A DNA stretch of 20,000 nucleotides from Candidatus Aminicenantales bacterium (GCA_049512315.1 JBEKXF010000030.1:52555-72554), one strand, 5' to 3'. Counted from the stretch's first letter, positions 10,619 through 19,484 are shown. Notes: generated by a model from the letters alone, not told the origin. Made by a program: numbers and translations.

Positions 10619-12028
10619 TCATTTGATGGACTTGAGCGCCTGGTCGAGGTCGGCGATGACATCGTCCGGGTGCTCGCCGCCGACGCAGAGCCGGATGAGC
10701 TGGGGCGGGATATCGGCCATGCGCCGTGCCTCCTCGCCCTGCTGCTGGTGCGTCGAGATCGCCGGGATCGTGGCGACGCTCTTGATCCGGCCGAGGTCGG
10801 TGGCCCGGTGGATCATCTTGAAGTGATCGAAAACTTTCCTGGCGTTGTCCGGCGGGCCGTCGACCCGGAAGCTCATCAGGTGGCCGTAGCGGTTGACCTC
10901 GTTTCCGGTCCCGTCATCGGAATCGACGAGCTTCATGTATTGCTTGGCCACGGCGTGAAGGGGGTGACGGGGCAGGCCCAGGAAATCGACCTGGTAGACC
11001 TTGGGATGGGTCGAGAGGAATTCCGCCACCTTCTGGCAGTTCCGGCTGACGAGGTCCATTTTGGAGCTGAGGGTCCGGAGATCGTTGAGGGCGAAGAGGG
11101 CGTTGACGGGCGACGCCGACGGCCCGTTGTCCCGGTAGGGCCAGAACTTGACGTATTCCGCGAAGCTCTCCTTGAACATGGGATCGTCGTTCCGGACCTT
11201 GGTGACGATGGGTTTGCGGCTGATGAGCGCCCCGCCGATGGCCAGCCCGCCTGAGGTGATGGATTTCGTCAGAGAGTGAACGACGACGTCCGCGCCGTGG
11301 GCGATGGGCCGCATCAGGGCCGGCGTGGCGCAGGTGGCATCGATGATCACGGGGATTTCCCGGGAATGGGCGAGGTCCGCGAGAGCCTTGATGTCGGTGA
11401 AGGACTGCTGAGGATTGGAGGGCATTTCCATGTACAGGAAACGCGTGTCCTCGTCGATCTTCGATTTCCATTCCTGCATGTCGTGGGGATGAAGGACCCA
11501 GCGGACCTCGATGCCGCGCTCCTTCATCTTCCGGACCGAGAAATGCTGGTAGGTGCCGCCGTAAAGCTGGATGGAGGAGACGAAGTTGATCCTCTCCGGG
11601 CCGTCCTTTTGTTTGATGAGGAAGGGGTCCACCGCGGCCATGATGGCGGACATCCCGGACGCCGTCACGAGACAGGATGTGTCGAAGCCCGTCTTGTAGC
11701 CCTCGAGCAGGGCCAGGACCCATTCCAGGTAATAGGTCGTCGGGTTGGCGATCCTGGTGTAGCACCAGGTGGGGACGAGGTAGGACAGGGCCGCCTCGAG
11801 CTCGTCGGCATCGGCATACCCTTGGGAGGCCGAAAGGTAGAGGGGTTCGATCACGGCCCCCTGGTTCCGTTCGAGGGACTCCTCGAGCGTGTAGAGGCCG
11901 TGGACGGCGATCGTGTCGAACTTCATCGCCTTCATCCGGGCTAGGGCGGCCTGGCGCTGGGCGAGGAGCTTCTGGGAAGCGTCGATGTACTTTTGTACTC
12001 CCGGCCGATGGGGCTGGGTGGGACTCAT
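10619..12028 (-). CDS. Cys/Met metabolism PLP-dependent enzyme (O-acylhomoserine sulfhydrylase MetY/MetZ-like)
   Basis: FDTIAVHG, YTRIANPT, SGMSAI, LYGGT, E.PSNP, DAT.ATP, HSLTK (PLP lysine), IRLCVG.E...D.IADL.QAL. GGAGG RBS. Confidence 0.88.
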   Translation of the reverse strand: MSPTQPHRPGVQKYIDASQKLLAQRQAALARMKAMKFDTIAVHGLYTLEESLERNQGAVIEPLYLSASQGYADADELEAALSYLVPTWCYTRIANPTTYYLEWVLALLEGYKTGFDTSCLVTASGMSAIMAAVDPFLIKQKDGPERINFVSSIQLYGGTYQHFSVRKMKERGIEVRWVLHPHDMQEWKSKIDEDTRFLYMEMPSNPQQSFTDIKALADLAHSREIPVIIDATCATPALMRPIAHGADVVVHSLTKSITSGGLAIGGALISRKPIVTKVRNDDPMFKESFAEYVKFWPYRDNGPSASPVNALFALNDLRTLSSKMDLVSRNCQKVAEFLSTHPKVYQVDFLGLPRHPLHAVAKQYMKLVDSDDGTGNEVNRYGHLMSFRVDGPPDNARKVFDHFKMIHRATDLGRIKSVATIPAISTHQQQGEEARRMADIPPQLIRLCVGGEHPDDVIADLDQALKSIK

Positions 12029-12102
12029 GATTCCTCCGATCCGAAATGGATAGATTTCTCGGGGCTGAATGGCGCAGGAAAAAATGTTAAGAAAAACCGC
12101 AT
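12025..12102 (-). CDS. Possible 25-aa Phe-rich upstream ORF (MRFFLTFFPAPFSPEKSIHFGSEES)
   Basis: ATG at 12102, TGA overlapping the downstream ATG (ATGA). RBS is weak and distant. Confidence 0.2.
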   Translation of the reverse strand: MRFFLTFFPAPFSPEKSIHFGSEES

Positions 12103-12122
12103 GACACGGTCTACGAGTCCTT

Positions 12123-12152
12123 AGGATATAAAGAAACAGGGCCGGGAGTCAA
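12123..12152 (-). promoter_or_regulatory. Putative internal sigma70 promoter for the metY-like gene
   Basis: TTGACT-18 bp-TATCCT directly after the hom stop codon. Confidence 0.45.
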
Positions 12153-12155
12153 GGC

Positions 12156-13199
12156 CTAGCGGCAGCGGTGGATGGCCAGCAGGTCCGAGAGGATGGAGAA
12201 CCCCGTCTCGGTCTTTCCAGCGCCCGCGCCCTGGATCGTGACCTTGCCCATGAGGTCCGTTTCGAAGCTCAACGCGTTCTGGGCGCCCATGACGCCGGCC
12301 AGGGGGTCGGAAAGCGGCAGCTTCTGGGGGGAGACGCTGGCGGCGACGCCGCCCGCCTCCTTTTTCGCCTGGGCGATGAGCTTGAACCGGAAGCCCTCCT
12401 TCTTGGCGGCCGCGACGTCGGCCTTGCTGATGGCCGAGATGCCCTTCCGCGGGACGTCCGAGGTCTTGAGCGACCCGCCCATGAGGACGTTCGACAGGAT
12501 GACGATCTTGGCCAGGGCGTCGAAGCCTTCGACGTCGGCCGTGGGGTCGGCCTCGGCATAACCGAGTTTTTGGGCGAGCTTCAGGGCGTCGGCGTAGTCC
12601 ATCCCCTCGGTCTCCATCTTCGTCAGGATGAAGTTCGTCGTCCCGTTGAGGATCCCCTTGACCTCCCGGATGTCGTTTCCGGGGAGGCCGCTCTCGGCGA
12701 GATGGAACACCGGCGTCCCGCTCATGACCGTGCCCTCGATCCGGAACTGGAGCCCGTTCTTGCGGGCCAGGTCCTGGAGCTCGCGGTAGTGGAGCGCCGC
12801 CGGGCCCTTGTTGGAGGTGACGACGTGTTTCCCCGACCGCAGGGCCTTCTTAATGTAGCTCGTGGCCGGCTCGCCGGTCTCAATGTTCGTGTAGGTGAGC
12901 TCGGCGATGACATCGGCATCGGTCTTCTCGATCATGTCCAGGGGGTCGAGCGGCTCGGCCTGGCCGGGGACCGCCTTCGGGTAATCGGCGAGGCTCCCGC
13001 CGCGGCCGAGGAGCTCGAGGACGGCCGGGATATCGATGCCCTCGGGGACCAGGAGCGTTCCCTTGATCTTGTCCGATATGGCGACGACCTTGGCTTCAAA
13101 GCCGTACTTGTCCCGGAGGAATTCCTTTTTTCTGTCCAGGATCTCCAGAAGTCCCTGCCCGACCGTGCCGCAGCCGATGAGGCCGATGCGATATTCCAT
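12156..13199 (-). CDS. hom: Homoserine dehydrogenase (short form, no ACT domain)
   Basis: IGLIGCGTVG, HVVTSNKGP, EGTVMSGTP, GILNGTTNFIL, GYAEADPTADVEGFDA..K, GAGAG..ET. ATG 13199 follows GGAGGAG. Confidence 0.95.
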   Translation of the reverse strand: MEYRIGLIGCGTVGQGLLEILDRKKEFLRDKYGFEAKVVAISDKIKGTLLVPEGIDIPAVLELLGRGGSLADYPKAVPGQAEPLDPLDMIEKTDADVIAELTYTNIETGEPATSYIKKALRSGKHVVTSNKGPAALHYRELQDLARKNGLQFRIEGTVMSGTPVFHLAESGLPGNDIREVKGILNGTTNFILTKMETEGMDYADALKLAQKLGYAEADPTADVEGFDALAKIVILSNVLMGGSLKTSDVPRKGISAISKADVAAAKKEGFRFKLIAQAKKEAGGVAASVSPQKLPLSDPLAGVMGAQNALSFETDLMGKVTIQGAGAGKTETGFSILSDLLAIHRCR

Positions 13200-13455
13200 G
13201 GTGGGTTCTCCTCCCGCTCGTTTTTCGAATAACCAATATAGCACAATCGGCAGCTCGACGGAACCGGACCGTCCGACGAATGATGAATGGGGTCGGACCA
13301 CAATAACTAATTGAATATAAAATAGCTAAGTACATTTTTAGCCGGCTTTTCGGCTTTAAATCGCTGTTTTCAGGCCTGAAAACGAGGACTTAAGGCATCG
13401 GGCATCCCGCAAGTTATCCAGCGAAATTCGGAAATGAGTATTGTCTCCTCAAATG

Positions 13456-13496
13456 AAAAAAAAGGGCCGCCGTCCTTGCGGACGGGCGGCCCTTTT
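13456..13496 (-). terminator. Rho-independent terminator after citrate synthase (could act in both directions)
   Basis: Minus strand AAAA-GGGCCGCCCGTCC-GCAA-GGACGGCGGCCC-T8. Confidence 0.9.
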
Positions 13497-13515
13497 GGCT
13501 TCCGAAAAAGAAGAC

Positions 13516-14838
13516 TTACTTCGCGGCCGGGGGATGCTCCTTGATGAAATTCTCCAGCCACTCCGTGGTGACGGACTTCGGCCGCTCGATGGGCAGGCCG
13601 AGGGCGCGGTCCCAGATGAGCTGGGCCAGGACACCGAGGGCGCGCGACACGCCGAAGAACACCGTGTAGAAGTCGTACTCGATGGCGCCGTAGTAATAGA
13701 GAAGGACGCCGGAGTGGGCGTCGACGTTCGGCCAGGGGTTCTTGGTCTTGCCGTGCTTGGTCAGGACGTCGGGCGCAACCTCGTAGACCATGCTGACGAC
13801 TTTGAAGAGGTCATAGTCCGGCATGTGCTTGAGGGCGAACTCCCTCTGGGCGACGTAGCGGGGATCGGTTTTCCGGAGGACGGCGTGGCCGTAGCCCGGG
13901 ATGACCCGTCCGCCGTTCAGCGTGTCCCACATGTACTTCTCGAGCTGTTCCTTGGTCGGGACGCCGCCGAGGTCCTTGACGAGGCCCTGGATCCAGGCGA
14001 GCACTTCCTGGTTGGCCAGCCCGTGGAGCGGCCCGGCGAGGCCGTCCATGCCGGCGGACAGGGAGTAGTAGGCATCGGACAACGCCGAGCCGACGAGATG
14101 GGTCGTATGGGCCGACACATTGCCGCCCTCGTGGTCGCTGTGGATGCAGAGGTAGAGCCGCATGAGTTCCTTGAAGGCGGGGTCGTCGCTTACGCCCAGC
14201 ATGTGGGCCATGTTTCCGCCCCAATCGAGCTTCAGGTTGGGGGCGATGTGCTTGCCGCCCTTGTAGGTCCGGCGGTAGATGTAGGCGGCGATGTTCGGGA
14301 GCTTGGCGACGAGGTTCATCGCGTCCTCGAACATCGCGTCCCAGTACTGCGACTTGGGCATTTTCTCTTTGTAGCGCTGAGCGAACACCGACTCCCTCTG
14401 GAGCTGGAGGATGGCCAGCGAGAACTGGGTCATCGGGTGAGTGTCCTTCGGGACGGCGTTCATCGTGTCGAGGAGATACTGGGGCAGGACGCCGCGCTTC
14501 TGCCATTCTTCGGTGAGGGCCGCGCAGTCCTCATAGGTCGGGATCTCGCCGAGGAGAAGGAGATAAAAGATGCCCTCGGGCAGGGGCTCGGTGCCGCCGG
14601 GGGCCTTGGGGAGCTTGTCCCGGAGCTCAGGGATGGAAAAGCCGCGGAAGCGGATGCCCTCGAACTTGTCGAGGAGCGAGACGTCCCAGAGCATGGAGAT
14701 GATGTCCCGGGCGCCGCCGACGACCTGGCCGATGCTGACGCTGGAGACATTGACCTCTCCGTGCTCTTTGCTGAGCTTCTGGACGCGTTCCTTCATCGGG
14801 CCGATTTTGGCCGCGAATTTCTCTTTAAGTGTAGCCAT
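13516..14838 (-). CDS. gltA: Citrate (Si)-synthase, eukaryote/mitochondrial-like type
   Basis: EGIRFRG.SIPE, HPMTQFS, SDHEGGNVSAHTTHLVGSALSD, GPLHGLANQEV, PGYGHAVLRKTDPRY, NPWPNVDAHSG, IERPKS. ATG 14838 follows AAGGAGGT. Confidence 0.96.
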   Translation of the reverse strand: MATLKEKFAAKIGPMKERVQKLSKEHGEVNVSSVSIGQVVGGARDIISMLWDVSLLDKFEGIRFRGFSIPELRDKLPKAPGGTEPLPEGIFYLLLLGEIPTYEDCAALTEEWQKRGVLPQYLLDTMNAVPKDTHPMTQFSLAILQLQRESVFAQRYKEKMPKSQYWDAMFEDAMNLVAKLPNIAAYIYRRTYKGGKHIAPNLKLDWGGNMAHMLGVSDDPAFKELMRLYLCIHSDHEGGNVSAHTTHLVGSALSDAYYSLSAGMDGLAGPLHGLANQEVLAWIQGLVKDLGGVPTKEQLEKYMWDTLNGGRVIPGYGHAVLRKTDPRYVAQREFALKHMPDYDLFKVVSMVYEVAPDVLTKHGKTKNPWPNVDAHSGVLLYYYGAIEYDFYTVFFGVSRALGVLAQLIWDRALGLPIERPKSVTTEWLENFIKEHPPAAK

Positions 14839-14898
14839 GAAACGCAACCTCCTTTAGGGTGCCGAGATATATGAATTTCCCCCTTCCGGGGGTGTATT

Positions 14899-14927
14899 AT
14901 CTTAACACGCGGTCAGGAGGGTGTCAA
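14899..14927 (-). promoter_or_regulatory. Sigma70 promoter of citrate synthase
   Basis: TTGACA-17 bp-TAAGAT. Confidence 0.8.
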
Positions 14928-15013
14928 TCAAGAAATGCCCACTTTTCCCCTTATTTCAACGGTTTGCGGAGGGTCCGGGCGCCGCTCGCGACGGCCTGGG
15001 GGTTTTCCCATCC

Positions 15014-15042
15014 TTGACATCGCCCCCGGGCTGCTTTATTTT
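15014..15042 (+). promoter_or_regulatory. Sigma70 promoter for the plus-strand unit
   Basis: TTGACA-17 bp-TATTTT. Confidence 0.55.
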
Positions 15043-15050
15043 CTATCGTG

Positions 15051-15113
15051 ATGGTCGGCGCCGTCTCCCGGCTGAAAGAGGCGATCGCGGGCTTGGCCAA
15101 AGAGCAGTCCTAA
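15051..15113 (+). CDS. Possible 20-aa small ORF (MVGAVSRLKEAIAGLAKEQS)
   Basis: ATG lies 8 nt after the putative -10; 17 of the 19 codons after ATG end in G/C. Confidence 0.3.
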   Translation: MVGAVSRLKEAIAGLAKEQS

Positions 15114-15133
15114 CGTTCCCGAAGGGGGTCTCC

Positions 15134-15913
15134 ATGAATCGTTTATCTCATCGGCTTTTTTGTTCGGGGTTGGTCATCGCGCTTATCCTGCAACTCGTTC
15201 CGTCGGGCGTCGCCCGGGCGCAGCAAGCGGCGGCGCTTTCGGACGATCAGGTGAAAGAACGCCTGGGCTATATCGAGAATGCGCTGCGTTCGGCCCAGCC
15301 CCGGGCCGAGACGTGGTACTCCGGCTGGCTGGCCGCATATTACGTCGGGGCCCTCGCCGGGGGCATGCTGGCCGGCTCCCACTGGACCGACACGAAGATA
15401 GAGACCGGCGAGACGGTTCCGGACAGGGAATTCGCCGAGGGCATGCTCGTGGGCGGGGCGACGTTTGTCCTGGGAGTCGGCGCCCTTCTCATCGACCCCT
15501 TCACGCCGGTCACCGCCCCCAAGGAACTCGGACGGCTGCCGGGAGGCACGGCGGAGGAACGGCAGGCGAAGCTCGAAAAAGCAGAAGAGCTCCTGCGGAA
15601 ATGTGCCCAACGGGAAGCGTCGGGACGAAGCTGGACGACCCACTTGCTGAATATCGGCGCCAACGCCGCAGGCGCGATCGTGACCAAGGCCGCATTCAAG
15701 CAGTCCTGGGGCAGCGCGCTCATCACATTCGCGAGCGGCGAGGCCGTCTCCCTTCTCAATATCTTCACCCAGCCGATGCGGGCGACCCGCGACCTAAAGG
15801 AATATGAAGGGAAATACCTGGGGAAGAACGGGGGCTCCATGCCGGCCCGGCCGGAGCGCAACTGGACATTGAGCGTCTGGCCGGGTGGCCTCACCTTCCG
15901 GCTCGAGTTCTAG
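15134..15913 (+). CDS. Hypothetical exported/membrane protein
   Basis: Start re-called at ATG 15134 after AAGGGGG. Signal peptide ending VARA-QQ, Gly/Ala-rich hydrophobic segments, C-terminus GLTFRLEF. Confidence 0.7.
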   Translation: MNRLSHRLFCSGLVIALILQLVPSGVARAQQAAALSDDQVKERLGYIENALRSAQPRAETWYSGWLAAYYVGALAGGMLAGSHWTDTKIETGETVPDREFAEGMLVGGATFVLGVGALLIDPFTPVTAPKELGRLPGGTAEERQAKLEKAEELLRKCAQREASGRSWTTHLLNIGANAAGAIVTKAAFKQSWGSALITFASGEAVSLLNIFTQPMRATRDLKEYEGKYLGKNGGSMPARPERNWTLSVWPGGLTFRLEF

Positions 15914-15926
15914 GAAAGGGGGCACA

Positions 15927-17501
15927 ATGATCACTGGCAAAAAGCTTCCCATCGGAATAGCTTGCCTAGCCCTGCTCTGGATCGGGCTCGCGCCCGCCAT
16001 ATCCGCGGAGGTCAAGCTCCCCGCCGTCATCGGCGACCACATGGTCATCCAGCAGGACAAGCCCGTCTCGATCTGGGGCTGGGCCGCAGAGAACGAGCAG
16101 GTCACGGTCAGGCTCGGCGGCCAGGAAATGAAAGTCCGGGCTTCGACCGATGGAAAATGGCGGGCCACGTTCGACCCTCTCAAGGCCGGGGGCGCCGCCT
16201 TCGAAATGACTGTCCGGGGCGAGAAGGGCCCGGACATCCTCGTCAAGGATATCCTCGTGGGCGAAGTCTGGCTTTGCTCGGGCCAGTCGAACATGGAATG
16301 GCCCCTCTCCTCCGTCGCCAGCCCCACTCCCGAGATCCTGAGGGCCGACCACCCCAACCTCAGGCTCTTTCAGGTTCCGAAACGCACCGCCGACCGGCCG
16401 AAAGACGACGTGGAGGCCAAATGGGCGGCCTGCACGCCGGAAACGGTCCGTCCGTTCTCAGCCATCGCTTATTATTACGGCCTGGAGCTTCACGAGAAGC
16501 TGGGAGTGCCCGTCGGCCTGATCGAATCGGCCTGGGGCGGGACGGACATTGAGCCTTGGACCCCTCCCGCCGGCTTCGCCGCCGTTCCTGAGACAAAACC
16601 TCTCCTGGACAAGCAGCTCGCCAAGTACGAGGACTATCGGAAAGACCTCGAGAAGGCGCTCCCGGCCTGGGACGCGTGGCTCCACGAAACCCAAAAGGCG
16701 CTCAAGGCAAAATCCGAAATCCCGGTCGAGCCCGCGAACGGCGACTTCCCCGGAAATCCTTATGACAGCCCTCAGGCCCCGACGACGCTTTTCAACGGAA
16801 TGATCCACGCGCTTACGCCTTTTGCCATCCGCGGCGCCATCTGGTACCAGGGCGAGAACAACAGGAACGATGGCCTGTTCTACGAAAAGAAAATGGAGGC
16901 CCTGATCAAGGGCTGGCGCGAGGTCTGGAAGCTCGGCGATTTTCCTTTTTATTACGTCCAGATCGCGCCCTTCAACTACGGCTATGACCGGAACATGAAA
17001 GGCAGTCCGATCCCCGACCTCGTGCGCCTGCCGCTCCTCTGGGAAGCTCAGACGAACGCGCTGCGCCTGCTCAACACCGGAATGGCCGTCGTGACCGACA
17101 TCACCGACCTCGGCGACATTCACCCCCGGAACAAGAAAGACGTCGGGGGGCGCCTCGCTCTCTGGGCCCGGGCGAAAATCTACGGCGAGAAGGAGCTTGT
17201 TTACTCAGGCCCGATGTACAAGTCGATGGCGGTCGAGGGAGATCAAGCGAAGATCACGTTCGACCATGTCGGCGGCGGGTTAATGACGAACGACGGTCAG
17301 CCGCCCACCTGGTTCGAGATCGCCGGCGACGATCACATCTTCTACCGGGCCGAAGCGGAGATTTCCGGCGATAGGGTCATGGTCAAGAGCCCGCGCGTCG
17401 CGGTGCCGAAAGCAGTCCGGTTCGGGTGGAGCCAGCTCGCAATCCCAAACCTGGCCAACAAGGAGGGCTTGCCGGCGTCACCGTTCCGGACTGACCGTTA
17501 A
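15927..17501 (+). CDS. Sialate O-acetylesterase-family (SGNH/SASA) carbohydrate esterase, exported
   Basis: Signal peptide, LP.VIGDHMVIQQ, GEVWLCSGQSNME, WGGT.IE.W, IRGAIWYQGE.N, DIHPRNKKDVG.RLA, GLPASPFRTD. Confidence 0.92.
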   Translation: MITGKKLPIGIACLALLWIGLAPAISAEVKLPAVIGDHMVIQQDKPVSIWGWAAENEQVTVRLGGQEMKVRASTDGKWRATFDPLKAGGAAFEMTVRGEKGPDILVKDILVGEVWLCSGQSNMEWPLSSVASPTPEILRADHPNLRLFQVPKRTADRPKDDVEAKWAACTPETVRPFSAIAYYYGLELHEKLGVPVGLIESAWGGTDIEPWTPPAGFAAVPETKPLLDKQLAKYEDYRKDLEKALPAWDAWLHETQKALKAKSEIPVEPANGDFPGNPYDSPQAPTTLFNGMIHALTPFAIRGAIWYQGENNRNDGLFYEKKMEALIKGWREVWKLGDFPFYYVQIAPFNYGYDRNMKGSPIPDLVRLPLLWEAQTNALRLLNTGMAVVTDITDLGDIHPRNKKDVGGRLALWARAKIYGEKELVYSGPMYKSMAVEGDQAKITFDHVGGGLMTNDGQPPTWFEIAGDDHIFYRAEAEISGDRVMVKSPRVAVPKAVRFGWSQLAIPNLANKEGLPASPFRTDR

Positions 17502-17609
17502 CGGCTTGATGCTTGTCGAGAACTTCCACTGAGTCGTAAAGAGGTCCCCTTTCAAGGCGCAAAACGGCAGACTCTTAGCCTTGCCCTAGTCCGGCGGCCG
17601 TTTCTCCTC

Positions 17610-17638
17610 TTGATTTTTCGGCACCTTGCCCGTATCCT
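17610..17638 (+). promoter_or_regulatory. Putative sigma70 promoter of lemA-htpX
   Basis: TTGATT-17 bp-TATCCT. Confidence 0.5.
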
Positions 17639-17674
17639 TATGGTTGAATTCCTCCGGCAATCAAGGAGAAACAC

Positions 17675-18229
17675 ATGGGAACTCTCGTCGTTTTCTTAAT
17701 CATCATCGCGGCCATCGCCATCATGGCCGTCGGCATGTACAACAGCCTGGTCACCCTGCGGAACCGCTGCGACAACGCCTGGTCCCAGGTGGACGTCCAG
17801 CTCCGCCGCCGCTATGACCTCATCCCCAACCTAGTGGAGACGGTCAAAGGTTACGCCAAGCACGAAAGCGGGGTCTTCGAGCGCGTGACGCAGGCCCGGG
17901 CCGCGGCCGTCAACGCTCAGACCGTCAAGGACCAGGGCCAGGCCGAGAACGTGCTGACCGGGGCCCTGAAGTCACTCTTCGCCGTCGCCGAGAACTACCC
18001 CGACCTCAAGGCCAACCAGAACTTCCTGATGCTCCAGGAAGAGCTCGCCGGGACGGAGGGCAAGGTCGCTTACGCCCGGCAGTTCTACAACGATAATGTC
18101 ATGAAATTCAACATGCGGCAGCAAGTCTTCCCCTCGAACATCATCGCCAACATGTTCGGCTTCAAGACCAAGGAATACTTCCAGATCGAAGAGGAAGTGG
18201 CCAAGGGTCCGGTCAAAGTCAGCTTCTGA
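17675..18229 (+). CDS. lemA: LemA family protein
   Basis: N-terminal TM helix, [60 protein letters not shown]. Confidence 0.96.
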   Translation: MGTLVVFLIIIAAIAIMAVGMYNSLVTLRNRCDNAWSQVDVQLRRRYDLIPNLVETVKGYAKHESGVFERVTQARAAAVNAQTVKDQGQAENVLTGALKSLFAVAENYPDLKANQNFLMLQEELAGTEGKVAYARQFYNDNVMKFNMRQQVFPSNIIANMFGFKTKEYFQIEEEVAKGPVKVSF

Positions 18230-18281
18230 GCTGGCTGGGGCGCTTTATCGAGTTCGGCGGGCCTTTTTGGGCCGTCATCCG

Positions 18282-19181
18282 ATGTATGAGCAGATCAGCC
18301 GCAACAAGTGGAAATCCGCCGCCCTCATCCTCTTCTTCATGGCTTTCATCTTCCTCCTGACCTGGTTCTTCGAGTACGTGACGGGCTGGGGAAAGGGCGG
18401 GCTGGTCCTGGCCGTCGTCGTCTCGATGGGCATGGCCGCTGCCGGATATTACTCGAGCGACAAGGTCGTCCTGGCCATCAGCCGGGCCCGCCCCGTGACG
18501 AAGGACGAACACCCGTATCTCTATAACGTCGTAGAGGGGCTGGCGATCGCTGCCGGCGTGCCAACGCCTCGCTGCTACGTCATCGACGATACGGCCCCCA
18601 ACGCGTTCGCCACCGGCCGGAACCCGCAGAACGCCGTCATCTGCGTCACGACCGGGATCCTTGAAAAGCTGAACCGCGTCGAGCTCGAGGGCGTCATCGC
18701 CCACGAGATGTCCCACATCAAGAACTACGATATCCGGCTCCAGACTCTGGTCGTGGTCATGGCAGGCGTCGTGGCCCTTCTCAGCGACTGGATCCTGCGG
18801 AGCTTTTTCTGGGGCGGGGGAAGGAGACGGGGCGGGCGGGACGGCCGCGGCGGAGGCGGTGCAGGGGCCATCCTGATCGTCGTCGGCCTGGCTCTGGCCG
18901 CGCTATCGCCGTTCATCGCCACGATCATCCAGCTCGCCATCTCGCGGAAGCGGGAATTCCTGGCCGACGCGAGCGGGGCCATGCTGACGCGCTACCCCGC
19001 GGGGCTGGCCTCGGCACTCCGGAAGATCTCGGCGGACACGGAGCCCCTCGAGGCGGCTAATAAGGCCACAGCCCACCTCTACATCGTCAACCCGCTCAAG
19101 AACATCAAGGGAACGGTCAACAGGCTCTTCAGCACGCACCCCCCCGTCGAAGAGCGGATCGCGGCCCTCGAGAAGATGTAA
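18282..19181 (+). CDS. htpX: HtpX-like M48 zinc metalloprotease
   Basis: PNAFATGRNP, ELEGVIAHEMSH (HExxH), SRKREFLAD, STHPP..ERI. Typical position downstream of lemA. Confidence 0.93.
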   Translation: MYEQISRNKWKSAALILFFMAFIFLLTWFFEYVTGWGKGGLVLAVVVSMGMAAAGYYSSDKVVLAISRARPVTKDEHPYLYNVVEGLAIAAGVPTPRCYVIDDTAPNAFATGRNPQNAVICVTTGILEKLNRVELEGVIAHEMSHIKNYDIRLQTLVVVMAGVVALLSDWILRSFFWGGGRRRGGRDGRGGGGAGAILIVVGLALAALSPFIATIIQLAISRKREFLADASGAMLTRYPAGLASALRKISADTEPLEAANKATAHLYIVNPLKNIKGTVNRLFSTHPPVEERIAALEKM

Positions 19182-19187
19182 CGTGCC

Positions 19188-19484
19188 TCAGGTCAGGCTT
19201 TTGTAGGCGTCCTTTATAGACTTCTTGAGGTCTTTGACCGAGCGCTTGATGGTCTTTTTCATGTCTCCGGCGAGCTCCTGCCCGGTCTTCGTCCATTCCT
19301 CGAGCCGGGTTTTGAGGTCCGCCTGCGTCTTTTCGAGGGTGTCGAGCGTTTTGTCGTACTCAACCTTCGCTTCCAGTTTGACCTCATTGGCCTTGGCCCT
19401 GAGCTCGATGAGCCTGGCCTTGAGGTGATCCATCTCGATCCCGATCTTCGCCTGGAATTTCTCTTGTTTTGTAAGTTTGGCCAT
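19188..19484 (-). CDS. Small Lys/Glu-rich coiled-coil hypothetical protein (98 aa)
   Basis: ATG 19484 after GAGGAGGGAG, heptad pattern, and its own promoter upstream. Confidence 0.75.
   Translation of the reverse strand: MAKLTKQEKFQAKIGIEMDHLKARLIELRAKANEVKLEAKVEYDKTLDTLEKTQADLKTRLEEWTKTGQELAGDMKKTIKRSVKDLKKSIKDAYKSLT

Noticed and set aside
12029..13440. SAM riboswitch or T-box upstream of the metY-like gene or hom
   Set aside because: No SAM-I core (AUC...GAU, AGA, GCAACC) or T-box GGUGG-ACC motif recognised.
14921..15133. N-terminal extensions given by the ORF track (also at 4436-4522, 4631-4687, 6459-6623, 13200-13301, 15885-15926, 19485-19559)
   Set aside because: They run through promoters or neighbouring genes; downstream ATGs have better RBS, signal peptide or domain starts.
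17502..17610. Possible structured RNA between the esterase gene and lemA (AAACGGC...GCCGTTT)
   Set aside because: Only a 7-bp distant pairing and no known riboswitch motif.
18800..18870. Gly/Arg-rich low-complexity stretch in HtpX
   Set aside because: A common cytoplasmic loop in HtpX homologues.
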